The notes beneath the pieces were generated by a model. The model was not told where the DNA came from and did no database searches. It saw only the letters and a program-made list of their open reading frames with translations. A DNA stretch of 64,000 nucleotides from Trueperaceae bacterium. Lineage in GTDB: Bacteria > Deinococcota > Deinococci > Deinococcales > Trueperaceae. The DNA lies in the NCBI GenBank assembly GCA_965213925.1, contig OZ243927.1, positions 4,032,001 through 4,096,000 on the forward strand. The letters run 5' to 3'. The position numbers and the translations under genes are program-made. Positions 20,826 through 29,560 of this stretch are shown piece by piece; the stretch's first letter is position 1; the number at the start of each line of letters is the position of its first letter.

Positions 20826-21572
20826 GTGAAAGACTTGAGCGAATACACCTCCGGCGCAGACTACGACGCGCAGTACGGGAACCTGTACAAAAGCGAAATC
20901 GGTTACTTGAAGAGGCTAGCGCTAGAGCAAGGCGGCGCGATTTTAGATGTGGGCTGCGGTACGGGCATTGTCACGGTTCCCCTTGCAGAGACGGGATTAG
21001 AGACCGTCGGTATAGACCTCACTGAAGCGATGTTAGAGCGTGCTAAAGGGAAAGCGAGAGGTAAGAACAACCTCTTGTTTTGTCGTGTGAACGCGCTCGA
21101 GTTCGAGTTAGACACGCGCTTCGCTTTAGCCATCATGACGGGCAACGCCTTTCAGCAGTTTTTGAGCGAGAAAGAGATTCGGACCTTACTGGCCAATATC
21201 CACAATCATCTTCAACAAGGTGGTCTCTTGGTCTTCGACACGCGGCTGCCTAAAGGCTATGACCTCTCTTTAGACAAGGACTTCCGCTTCTACCAGACTT
21301 ACATAGATTTGGCTGGACAGAACGTTCGCTACTTCGACAAACAGGTTCGCTATAACGCGGATACCGGACTTCTCTATTTTGAGATGAAGCGGGAGTATGC
21401 GAGCGGGAGGGAGAGGCGCTCGAGCGAGACCATCAAGTTCACCCCTCTTGAAACCCTCCTCACCCTCATTCAAGAAAGCGGTTTCGAGGTTATGGACGTT
21501 TACAGAAACTGGGAGCTAGAACCTTTTGAAACAGGCGCGGCGAACGGCGTCTTCAAAGTTCGCAAAGCTTAG
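20826..21572 (+). CDS. Class I SAM-dependent methyltransferase
   Basis: ILDVGCGTG, GIDL, HLQQGGLLVFD. Confidence 0.9.
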   Translation: MKDLSEYTSGADYDAQYGNLYKSEIGYLKRLALEQGGAILDVGCGTGIVTVPLAETGLETVGIDLTEAMLERAKGKARGKNNLLFCRVNALEFELDTRFALAIMTGNAFQQFLSEKEIRTLLANIHNHLQQGGLLVFDTRLPKGYDLSLDKDFRFYQTYIDLAGQNVRYFDKQVRYNADTGLLYFEMKREYASGRERRSSETIKFTPLETLLTLIQESGFEVMDVYRNWELEPFETGAANGVFKVRKA

Positions 21573-21713
21573 GTGCGCCTTACGGGTTGCCGCGTCCGCT
21601 CGGAGATGTCCCAATATAATGGTGAAGCTTCACCGAACTCGGGTCAAACCGCGCCCCCGTTTCGGGGCTGATACACTCACTAAACGACTGCAGACGTTAC
21701 TCATGGAGGACCT

Positions 21714-22763
21714 ATGGACCTACCCGTCGACGCTTCGGACACGCCTTCGCTCGAGCAAAACTTAACCCACGTGCGCCGCCAAAACAAGCAAATTGAGCAT
21801 TCCATGCGCGGCTTCGACCCGCAGTACGAAGACATCGTGGACTACATCTTGCGCATCACCCACCGCATCTGGGAAGAGGGCGACATGGGGCACATCTACG
21901 ACACGTATTTGGGCACCGTGGCGATGCACACGGGCTACGGCACCGCGTACGGCGTCGAAGAGGTCGTGAGCGGCTCCACCGCCTCTGCCGCCGCCATCCC
22001 CAACCGCCGCTTGTACGCCAAAGACGTCCTCTGGACAGGCGACGACGAGCGCGGCTTTCACACCTCGCACCTCTTAGTGAGCACGGGGACGAATACGGGC
22101 TATAGCCCCTGGGGACCCCCGACGGGGCGGCGCACCGAGTTCTTAGCCATCGCCAACTGCTTTGTGAGGGAAAACCTCGTGGTCGAGGAGTGGCTCGTGC
22201 GCGACACCGCCGCGATGGTGCGGCAGCTCGGCTTCGACCTCTGGGAGGTTGCACGGGACGCGGCGGCGGTTCGGCCCATGAGCGTGACGGGTGAGACAGA
22301 CCGCTTGCAAGGGCAGTACCCGCCTGCGGCGTATCAACCGCAGAGCGGAGACCCGCACGAGGAATTCGCCAGGCAGCTCTTTCACGACGTTTGGAATTCG
22401 AGGCACTTCAACCGGATAACAGAATGCTATGCGGGAAACTCGAGCCTCCACGTCCCGCATCACCTCACCCTGCGCGGCGTCGCTAACATTCGGGCGTATC
22501 ACCTGAACTTTATGGCGATGTTTCCCGACGCGCACATGAGCGTGGAGCACGTTTACGGCTTGGAGAGTGAGGAGGGCGGCTACCGCGCCGCCGTGCGTTG
22601 GCGCTTTTCGGGTACGCACGCCCGCTACGGGTGGTACGGCAAGCCGACGGATAAGCGCGTCAATATCTTAGGGGTGAGCCACGTGCATATCAAAGACGAG
22701 AAGGTGAAAGAGCACACCATGGTGTTTGATGATTTGGCGGTGGTGATGCAGCTAGTGGGTTAG
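21714..22763 (+). CDS. Tandem SnoaL/NTF2-like (ester cyclase family) protein
   Basis: Two SnoaL-like repeats (GTNTGYSPWGPPTGR; RWRFSGTHARYGWYGKPTDK); RBS GGAGG. Confidence 0.8.
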   Translation: MDLPVDASDTPSLEQNLTHVRRQNKQIEHSMRGFDPQYEDIVDYILRITHRIWEEGDMGHIYDTYLGTVAMHTGYGTAYGVEEVVSGSTASAAAIPNRRLYAKDVLWTGDDERGFHTSHLLVSTGTNTGYSPWGPPTGRRTEFLAIANCFVRENLVVEEWLVRDTAAMVRQLGFDLWEVARDAAAVRPMSVTGETDRLQGQYPPAAYQPQSGDPHEEFARQLFHDVWNSRHFNRITECYAGNSSLHVPHHLTLRGVANIRAYHLNFMAMFPDAHMSVEHVYGLESEEGGYRAAVRWRFSGTHARYGWYGKPTDKRVNILGVSHVHIKDEKVKEHTMVFDDLAVVMQLVG

Positions 22764-23527
22764 AGGACTCGAGCCTCCCACGCCTCGTACCCCGCCTCCG
22801 CAAAGTAAAGCCCGTGCGGTGGTACGTTCGGTCCTGCTCTTTTGCGATCTCTACTCTCTAAAATCGACGTGATGTCGTGAGGTTTGAGCTTTCCCTCGCC
22901 GACATAAAGAAGTGTGCCGACTACCGTGCGCACCATGTTGCGCAAGAATCCGTCGGCGGCGATGTGCAAAGTGAGGTCACGTTCCTCTATGTCCAAACGG
23001 CAGAGGTAGACCGTCCGCACCGTCCCCCTCGTCTCCTGCGTTGCTAAGGCGGTGAAGTCCCGCGTCCCCTCAAAGTAAGAGGTCGCTTTTTGCATCGCCT
23101 CGACCTCGAGCCTCTGCGACAAGAAGAGGACGCGGTGGCGGTCTAAAGCGGTTCTCTCAAACGACCCTCTCGTCAGACGCATCCGGTAGAGGTAGCGGCG
23201 GTAGCGGCAGCTAAATTGACTCTCAAAATCCAGTCCGACCTCTTCGGCGCACAGCACGCGCACATCGTTGGGAAGCCTCGAGTTGAGCGCCTTGGCGACC
23301 TTTTCAGTAGGGATCAAATCTTCCGTATCATAGTGCGCGACCATCGCCAGCGCGTGCACGCCCGCGTCGGTGCGCCCCGCGCCCATAACCCGAGGGCGTG
23401 CGCCGGGGATGTCGGCTAGGGCAGTCTCTAAAACGCCCTGCACAGTCCTCTCCCCCGTCTTCGCCTGCACCTGCCAGCCATGAAAGTGCGTCCCGTCAAA
23501 CTCTAAGGTGAGCTTGATGCGCCTCAC
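22760..23527 (-). CDS. truA: tRNA pseudouridine(38-40) synthase
   Basis: EFDGTHFHGWQ, AGRTDAGVHA, FLRNMVR, PPHGLYF; GTG start overlaps the upstream stop. Confidence 0.95.
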   Translation of the reverse strand: MRRIKLTLEFDGTHFHGWQVQAKTGERTVQGVLETALADIPGARPRVMGAGRTDAGVHALAMVAHYDTEDLIPTEKVAKALNSRLPNDVRVLCAEEVGLDFESQFSCRYRRYLYRMRLTRGSFERTALDRHRVLFLSQRLEVEAMQKATSYFEGTRDFTALATQETRGTVRTVYLCRLDIEERDLTLHIAADGFLRNMVRTVVGTLLYVGEGKLKPHDITSILESRDRKRAGPNVPPHGLYFAEAGYEAWEARVL

Positions 23528-24402
23528 GTGGTTGATTTTGAAGGTTGTGCTGGCGTAAGGCGGGTCTGCTGAGCGAGCCAGGGCGTCAAAGCGAGACCTG
23601 TATAGCCGATAAGGAAGTAGCGTACAAAACCGACTAATGAGTCGCGTTTGACCTCTTCGGGCAGGAGGAGGCTCGAGCCAAACAGCGCCGCAAACACGAG
23701 CACGAATCCCAAAAGTGTAATGAGAACCCGCCGCCACACGCTTCCCTCAACCCGGTAAGGGACGAGCAGCGGCGCGGTGGCAAAGGCAGCCAGCCCGCCC
23801 ATCAAGACTTCAGAATCGGGCGTGGGTAAGAAGAGGTGTAGGGCAAGAGGTAGGAGCAGACCGAGGGCGAAGAGAATCCCCTTAGAGGGCAGCGTGACCT
23901 TTTCCAACCAGCGGTCAAGCGCAAGAAAAAGACCTATCAAGACCACTCCGATGACGAGCCCACCGACAATATCAATCGGCACGTGCACCCCTAGATAAAC
24001 GCGGCTCAGCGAGATTGTGAGAACGAGGAATACGGCGAGGACCCAGAACCACGCTTTTTGGAAGGAGGCGGCGACGTAGCCCCAAAAGGTCAGACTCCCC
24101 TGGGCGTGTCCACTCGGGAAACCGGGACCCGCGCCCGTCTCTACCGCCGCCTGACTCCGCGCTAAGTTCGGGTCAAGTTCGTAAGGACGCGGCGTGTCGA
24201 TGAGTCCCTTGAGGTGAAAGTTGAGGTAGAGGCTCACGAGCAAGTAAATCGCAACGCGCTGACCCAAACGCGAATCGAACGCTAAATACGTCACCAGCAA
24301 AAAGGCGATGTAGGCGAGTTCTGAGCCCAAGTCGGTGATGACGAGCATCAGCGCATCTAAGGTGGGTGAGGCGAACTGTTGTAGCCAGAGGATGGTGTCC
24401 AT
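23524..24402 (-). CDS. PAP2 family phosphatase
   Basis: K-x-RP, FPSGH, SRVYLGVH motifs; multiple TM segments. Confidence 0.92.
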   Translation of the reverse strand: MDTILWLQQFASPTLDALMLVITDLGSELAYIAFLLVTYLAFDSRLGQRVAIYLLVSLYLNFHLKGLIDTPRPYELDPNLARSQAAVETGAGPGFPSGHAQGSLTFWGYVAASFQKAWFWVLAVFLVLTISLSRVYLGVHVPIDIVGGLVIGVVLIGLFLALDRWLEKVTLPSKGILFALGLLLPLALHLFLPTPDSEVLMGGLAAFATAPLLVPYRVEGSVWRRVLITLLGFVLVFAALFGSSLLLPEEVKRDSLVGFVRYFLIGYTGLALTPWLAQQTRLTPAQPSKSTT

Positions 24403-24495
24403 CGTTCTCCTATTCTCTGGTTACAGTCTAGCAAGCTATGAAAGTACAAGTTCTGACGCAGCACAGTCTCTACGTACGATAGGATTTTCGGTACG

Positions 24496-24939
24496 ATGAT
24501 CGAGGTTGCAGAACGTGATTTTCGCCCTATAGAACAGTTCGGACTCAGGTGGCGCTGGACTGATACTCAACGCGCCCAAATCCGGCCTCTTAGTACGGCA
24601 AAGGCGAGCGAACTATCTAAACGTACGGTCAGTTGGGTTGAAGGTAGCTCATTGACTCAAAAACTCTTCAAGGACCTTTCGCATCTTGACGCGGATAAAA
24701 CAACCCCCAGCGCTGTGAAGTCGTGGCTCCAGCAGAAAGATGTTGCGCTTGAAGAGCCAATCGTCGTTTTATGGGGAGAACAGTTGGCGGTGTCTACCTG
24801 CTGGACTGTGTTTTGCAACTATTGGGATGACTTTTGTTATCCAGTCTCTGATGACGTTCTAGTTTTTCCTACATCCGAATATTGGGCGCTCTTCTACCAT
24901 CACGAAGAAAAGCTCTGTTTCGGCGTTAGAGCGACCTAA
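24496..24939 (+). CDS. Hypothetical protein (DUF2947-like, tentative)
   Basis: 147-aa ORF; WTVFCNYWDDFCYP motif. Confidence 0.55.
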   Translation: MIEVAERDFRPIEQFGLRWRWTDTQRAQIRPLSTAKASELSKRTVSWVEGSSLTQKLFKDLSHLDADKTTPSAVKSWLQQKDVALEEPIVVLWGEQLAVSTCWTVFCNYWDDFCYPVSDDVLVFPTSEYWALFYHHEEKLCFGVRAT

Positions 24940-24946
24940 TTCGTTT

Positions 24947-25333
24947 TCAAGCGCGGTTGAGATGCGTATCCTTAAAACCACTCGAGTACTTGAGCCCATA
25001 CCCAATCATCCGGTCCATACCGATATGCGCAAACCAGATGAGCGCGGCGCTTACCGCAAGAGGTTGAGCCGCGAAAAAGCCGAACGCGAGTAAGGCAGCG
25101 GGAAGCGGCGTGCTGTGAAAGAGGTTGTAAACGTGCGCCCCCGACCTCTTACCAAAAAGATAGCCGAGCATCGCCACGTCGGGTGTGAGGAGAAGCAGTG
25201 CGAACAAAAGCCAATGTCCGCCGAGCACGAAGTAGGCAACTGCGCTGCCGAGCATGAGGGTTACGCCCTCGAGCCTCAGCCACACGCCCGGCGCTGAGAG
25301 ATGAGCCTGAACTGAAGGTGCCGAAGGGGTCAT
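24947..25333 (-). CDS. DUF4260 family membrane protein
   Basis: LRLEG, PDVAMLGY, YNLFH, AHIGMDRMIGYGLKY...THL. Confidence 0.88.
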   Translation of the reverse strand: MTPSAPSVQAHLSAPGVWLRLEGVTLMLGSAVAYFVLGGHWLLFALLLLTPDVAMLGYLFGKRSGAHVYNLFHSTPLPAALLAFGFFAAQPLAVSAALIWFAHIGMDRMIGYGLKYSSGFKDTHLNRA

Positions 25334-25428
25334 ACTTAACCTCTTTTTCTTAAGACTAACGCTGTTTGTTTTCATACCAAACACTGTACACCTTGCTCAA
25401 TCTCTTGTCAAGACGTACGCTGTTGGGT

Positions 25429-25989
25429 ATGCCCTATCCTGCGAAGACGAATCGAGATGAAATTTTAGAGGCTGCGCTGACGCTGCTCGAGTCGGACGGA
25501 CTCACTACGCTTTCCATGCGGAATTTAGCTGCAAAACTTGGGGTGAACGCCTCGAGCCTCTACCATCACTTCTCCGGTAAAGAGGTTTTAGAAAAGGTGC
25601 TCGCGGACGAGGGAGCGCGGCTTCTTTTAGAGAGGTTGAAAGCGGCAACTCAGAATCAATCCGCCCAAGAAGCGTTGAAAACGACTGCAAAAACGTATCT
25701 CGCTTTTGCAAACGAACGCCCCGCCCTCTACGACCTCATGATAGCTCCGCGTCCACCCGAAAAAGCCGAAGCGGGCGCGGGCAAAGACCTCTGGAATTTT
25801 GTATTGGCTCGAGTTGGAGAGGTAACGAAGCGGGAGGATGACACCGCCGCCGCCGTCGCTTTTTGGTCTTTTTTGCATGGATTCGTCTCTTTAGGGCGTT
25901 CGGGGCTGTTTGGACTAAGTGGAGCACAGGGGGGTTTAGAGGCTGGGCTGGGGGCGTTTCTTATCGGACTCCCCAAAGTCGAACGCTGA
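25429..25989 (+). CDS. TetR/AcrR family regulator (WHG-type C-terminus)
   Basis: LSMRNLAAKLGVNASSLYHHF HTH; FWSFLHG; divergent from the DUF4260 gene. Confidence 0.9.
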   Translation: MPYPAKTNRDEILEAALTLLESDGLTTLSMRNLAAKLGVNASSLYHHFSGKEVLEKVLADEGARLLLERLKAATQNQSAQEALKTTAKTYLAFANERPALYDLMIAPRPPEKAEAGAGKDLWNFVLARVGEVTKREDDTAAAVAFWSFLHGFVSLGRSGLFGLSGAQGGLEAGLGAFLIGLPKVER

Positions 25990-26141
25990 AAGATTTCTCC
26001 TGACTAGCTGAATTGCTGACAGGCTGAAATCCAGCCAAGCTAATGTACATTAGTCTTTGCGAAGCAAACGAACGGTGCTGACCTCCTTTTCCCGTAAGCC
26101 ACATTCTTTTACCCCAACCTCTTCCGTGCCACCATAGACTC

Positions 26142-27443
26142 ATGAACACCTCTACCTCCCGAACGCTCTTCGAACGCGCTTCTCTGCTCATCCCCGGCGG
26201 CGTCAATTCTCCAGTCCGCGCCTTTGGCTCGGTGGGCGGCACACCGCGCTTTATAGAGTCCGCCAAGGGCACGCGCCTCTTCGACGCCGACGGCAACGAA
26301 TATATCGACGCCATCGGCTCGTGGGGACCGATGATCTTGGGTCACGCGCATCCGAGAGTTCTGGACGCCATCCAGCAAGCCTCTGTAGACGGCTTGAGCT
26401 TCGGCGCACCGACTGAGCGCGAAATCAAACTCGCTGAACTGGTCTTAGACCGTTACGAAAGTTGCGAGCGCATCCGCTTCGTGAATTCAGGGACCGAAGC
26501 GACGATGAGCGCCCTTAGAGTGGCGAGAGGTGCGACAGGGCGCGACTACATCGTGAAGTTTGCGGGCAACTATCACGGTCACGCCGACGCGCTCTTAGTC
26601 GCGGCAGGCTCCGGCGCGATGACGACGGGCGTACCCTCTTCGGCGGGCGTGCCAGCGGACACCGCTAAGACCACGCTCGTCGCGCAGTACAACAACTTGG
26701 ACTCGGTACGTGAACTGTTTGAAGCGAAACCGGATGAGATTGCGGCGGTGATTCTCGAGCCCGTCGTCGGCAACATGGGCGTTGTCATCCCAACCCAAGA
26801 GTTTCTACAAGGCTTGCGCGACCTCACGAATGAATACGGCGCACTCCTCATTGTAGATGAAGTGATGACCGGCTTCCGCTTAGCACCCGGCGGCGCAACC
26901 GAACGCTTGGGTATTGACGCGGACCTCATCTGCTGGGGCAAGATTATTGGTGGCGGCTTGCCTGTGGGCGCGTACGGCGGCAAAGCCTCCGTCATGGACA
27001 ACGTCTCGCCACTCGGCAAGGTCTACCAGGCAGGGACGCTCTCGGGCAACCCCTTAGCGATGGCGGCAGGCATCGCCACCTTCGAAGCGATGAACGAGAC
27101 GCCCGACCTCTACGACGTGTTGGAGGCGCGGACCGCTCAGTTAGAAGAAGGTCTCCGAGAAGGCGCGAACGAGGCAGGGCTCACGACGACCATTAACCGC
27201 ATCGGCTCGATGATTACAGTTTTCTTCACTGACCAGGAGGTCACGGACTTTGAAAGCGCCAGCACCACCGACACCGACCTCTTCAGGCGCTGGTTTCACG
27301 GGCTGCTCTCGAGGGGTATTTACTGGCCCGCCAGCAACTACGAAGCGGCGTTTCTCTCCTACGCGCATACGGAAGAGGATATTGCGCGGATGGTGGAGGC
27401 GGGGCGGGAGTCATTTGTGGACTTGCGAGAGGTTACAGCGTAA
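26142..27443 (+). CDS. hemL: Glutamate-1-semialdehyde 2,1-aminomutase
   Basis: PGGVNSPVRAF, SGTEATM, DEVMTGFR, GKIIGGGLP, AGTLSGNP. Confidence 0.97.
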   Translation: MNTSTSRTLFERASLLIPGGVNSPVRAFGSVGGTPRFIESAKGTRLFDADGNEYIDAIGSWGPMILGHAHPRVLDAIQQASVDGLSFGAPTEREIKLAELVLDRYESCERIRFVNSGTEATMSALRVARGATGRDYIVKFAGNYHGHADALLVAAGSGAMTTGVPSSAGVPADTAKTTLVAQYNNLDSVRELFEAKPDEIAAVILEPVVGNMGVVIPTQEFLQGLRDLTNEYGALLIVDEVMTGFRLAPGGATERLGIDADLICWGKIIGGGLPVGAYGGKASVMDNVSPLGKVYQAGTLSGNPLAMAAGIATFEAMNETPDLYDVLEARTAQLEEGLREGANEAGLTTTINRIGSMITVFFTDQEVTDFESASTTDTDLFRRWFHGLLSRGIYWPASNYEAAFLSYAHTEEDIARMVEAGRESFVDLREVTA

Positions 27444-27511
27444 GCAAAAATGCGCGATTTTGGTAAGCAAAAAATTCATTTGGAACATTTACACTCGTTA
27501 TAATCAGAATT

Positions 27512-28037
27512 GTGAAACGCACAAAGCGTAAAAGTAAAGAGGTTCAGCACCCCTCTGATATAGACTCTTCGCCTGTAGATGTAAGGAAGTATGGCATTGG
27601 AGATTTATTGAAATTACCAATGCGATTCACCATACCCTCTGCATCTCTTGTACTTTCTGCTATTACCTCCTTTGGGATAGCCATGTTTACAGCAGGTTTT
27701 TTTAGTGAATGAACATGGTCTTAGTTTACCCAATCACATGCAAACGAGCTTAGTAGGAAACGTTGAGGAAGTAAGCGCTAACCAAGATGATTTGTTAGAA
27801 AGATTGATGACTGACTACACTAATTCAGACTATATCGGCATTGATTTGCGTAAACAGATTTTGTGCGATAAAGCCTACATGGAGCTTTACAATCAAAAGA
27901 AGACTTCTTTAGACAGAATTGCAGCACTAGCTCGAGAGTCTGGGAGAGAGGAAATTCTGTACAGCTTTGTGAATCCGCAACGTCCCATGATGATCAACTC
28001 AACTTCAGATTGCTCCAGTCCTAATCTTGTGAATTGA
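27512..28037 (+). CDS. Two AT-rich hypothetical ORFs (27512-27712, 27705-28037), possibly one frameshifted gene
   Basis: Visibly AT-richer than the flanks; the frames join at a T7 run (27697-27703). Confidence 0.45.
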
Positions 28038-28046
28038 GTCTGTAGA

Positions 28047-28272
28047 ATGAACTACCAAGACATCATCACCCTCGAGCCCGGCAAGCATAGCGGAAAACCC
28101 TGTATCAGAGGGATGCGCATCACGGTTTATGACGTGCTTGGAGTTTTTAGCTTCAGACATGACGCACGCAGAAATCTTAGAGGACTTTCTGTACCTCACC
28201 GAAGAGGATATTTTAGCGTGCCTCAGCTACGCTGCCGATAGGGAGAAGCGTCTCGTCATCCTACGGGCGTGA
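28047..28272 (+). pseudogene. DUF433 family antitoxin-like gene, frameshifted
   Basis: GKPCIRGMRITVYDVL continues in the +1 frame as EFLASDMTHAEILEDFLYLTEEDILACLSYAADRE. Confidence 0.85.
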
Positions 28273-28284
28273 TGTTACCCCATA

Positions 28285-28416
28285 TGTCATTCTGAATGAA
28301 GCGCTAGCGTAATGAAGAATCTCTGCCCTTGCTGACTCCTCTGACCGAGATTGAAAGGCGAGACCCCTCGACTTCGCTCGGGGTGACACAGGGTTCGAAA
28401 TAAAGTTGACAGCGTA
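28285..28416. mobile_element. MITE family A copy (left end not resolved)
   Basis: TGTCATTCTGAA...GAAGAATCTCTGC...CGAGACCC...CTCGGGGTGACA core; right end TTGACAGCGTA. Confidence 0.75.
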
Positions 28417-28489
28417 ACGTAGCTTCTCAAAAAATTAAAGAGCCCCGTAAAGGGACTCTCGAGTTCTACATAACACTGTGCTAAAGCTC

Positions 28490-28568
28490 CGCAACTATCA
28501 TCTCTATAATATGCGTTTTTATCAGTGTTTTCTCGACTAAGAGCGTTGATGACCAGATGATACCTGCT
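28490..28568. repeat. Repeat family C copy
   Basis: ACCAGATGATACCTGCT at 28552-28568; internal partial inverse GCAACTATCATCT. Confidence 0.75.
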
Positions 28569-29284
28569 TAACTACTCGGCGGCTGACTCGGACGCACCTC
28601 CACCCGACTCGGCAGCGTGCGCTCATGCATTGTCAAGAGGTCAACGCAGAGCTTGGCGATGTCTTCGGATTGAATCTTCCAAGCGTCCTCTTCGGTGGGC
28701 GTCTGACCGCCGAAATACGTCGCCACCGAGCCCGGCATAATGGTCGAGACTTTGATGCCTTTTTGCCGCAAATCGAGCATAATCGCTTCGCTAAAGCCGT
28801 CCAGCCCGAACTTGCTCGCGTTGTAGCCGGAGCCGCCCGCCATGGGGTTTTTCCCTGCCAGCGACGAAATCGTAATGATATAGCCTTCGGACTTTTTAAG
28901 CTCCTCCACCGTCGCCTTGACGCTGTAGAAGACGCCCGTGAGGTTCGTGTCGATCATGTCGTGCCAGTCGCTCGGCTCCATTTCGTCAATAGGGGCGAAG
29001 CGTCCGACGCCTGCGTTGGCGATAAGGATATCTAAGTTGCCGAACTCGTCCACCGTCTTTTTGACAGCCTCTTGTTGCTCGTCCAAGTTGCGGACGTTGC
29101 ACTCTAAGCCCAGCGCCTTGCCCGGTCCCATGTCGGTCAGCTTCTGCGCCGCCTCTTCGACCTCATCTTTATGCCGAGAGGTGATGGTGACGTTCGCACC
29201 CTCTTTGACGAGCGCTTCCGCCACGCCGTAGCCAATGCCTTTACTTCCACCTGTTACGAATGCAGTTTTTCCTTGGATGTCCAT
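28568..29284 (-). CDS. Short-chain dehydrogenase/reductase
   Basis: TGGSKGIG, ANAG, YNASK; leaderless TAAGTT-N6-ATG start. Confidence 0.93.
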   Translation of the reverse strand: MDIQGKTAFVTGGSKGIGYGVAEALVKEGANVTITSRHKDEVEEAAQKLTDMGPGKALGLECNVRNLDEQQEAVKKTVDEFGNLDILIANAGVGRFAPIDEMEPSDWHDMIDTNLTGVFYSVKATVEELKKSEGYIITISSLAGKNPMAGGSGYNASKFGLDGFSEAIMLDLRQKGIKVSTIMPGSVATYFGGQTPTEEDAWKIQSEDIAKLCVDLLTMHERTLPSRVEVRPSQPPSS

Positions 29285-29352
29285 GTGGTGAACTTAGCAG
29301 GAAAGCGGGGTAGGCTTTGGAAGAGAGGTGACAAAGAACGAGTGGAAAGGTT

Positions 29353-29403
29353 AAAGGACTGAGGACTGAGAGAAAAGAGGGCTTACTCAGTCCTCAGTCC
29401 TTT
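29353..29403. repeat. 18-bp inverted repeat built from tandem heptamers
   Basis: AAAGGACTGAGGACTGAG ... CTCAGTCCTCAGTCCTTT. Confidence 0.8.
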
Positions 29404-29560
29404 TCTCTCGTTACTTCTCCTTTGCAGTACGCCCCCGCCTTACCTCTTACCTCTTCATCGCCCTACGCTTTTCGTTTTAGGACGCGCAGCCTCTACGAAG
29501 TGCTACCTTATCCCCAAAGATTAGTATGAGCGGCGCGGCGTAAACTTTGTGGGAGGCGTT

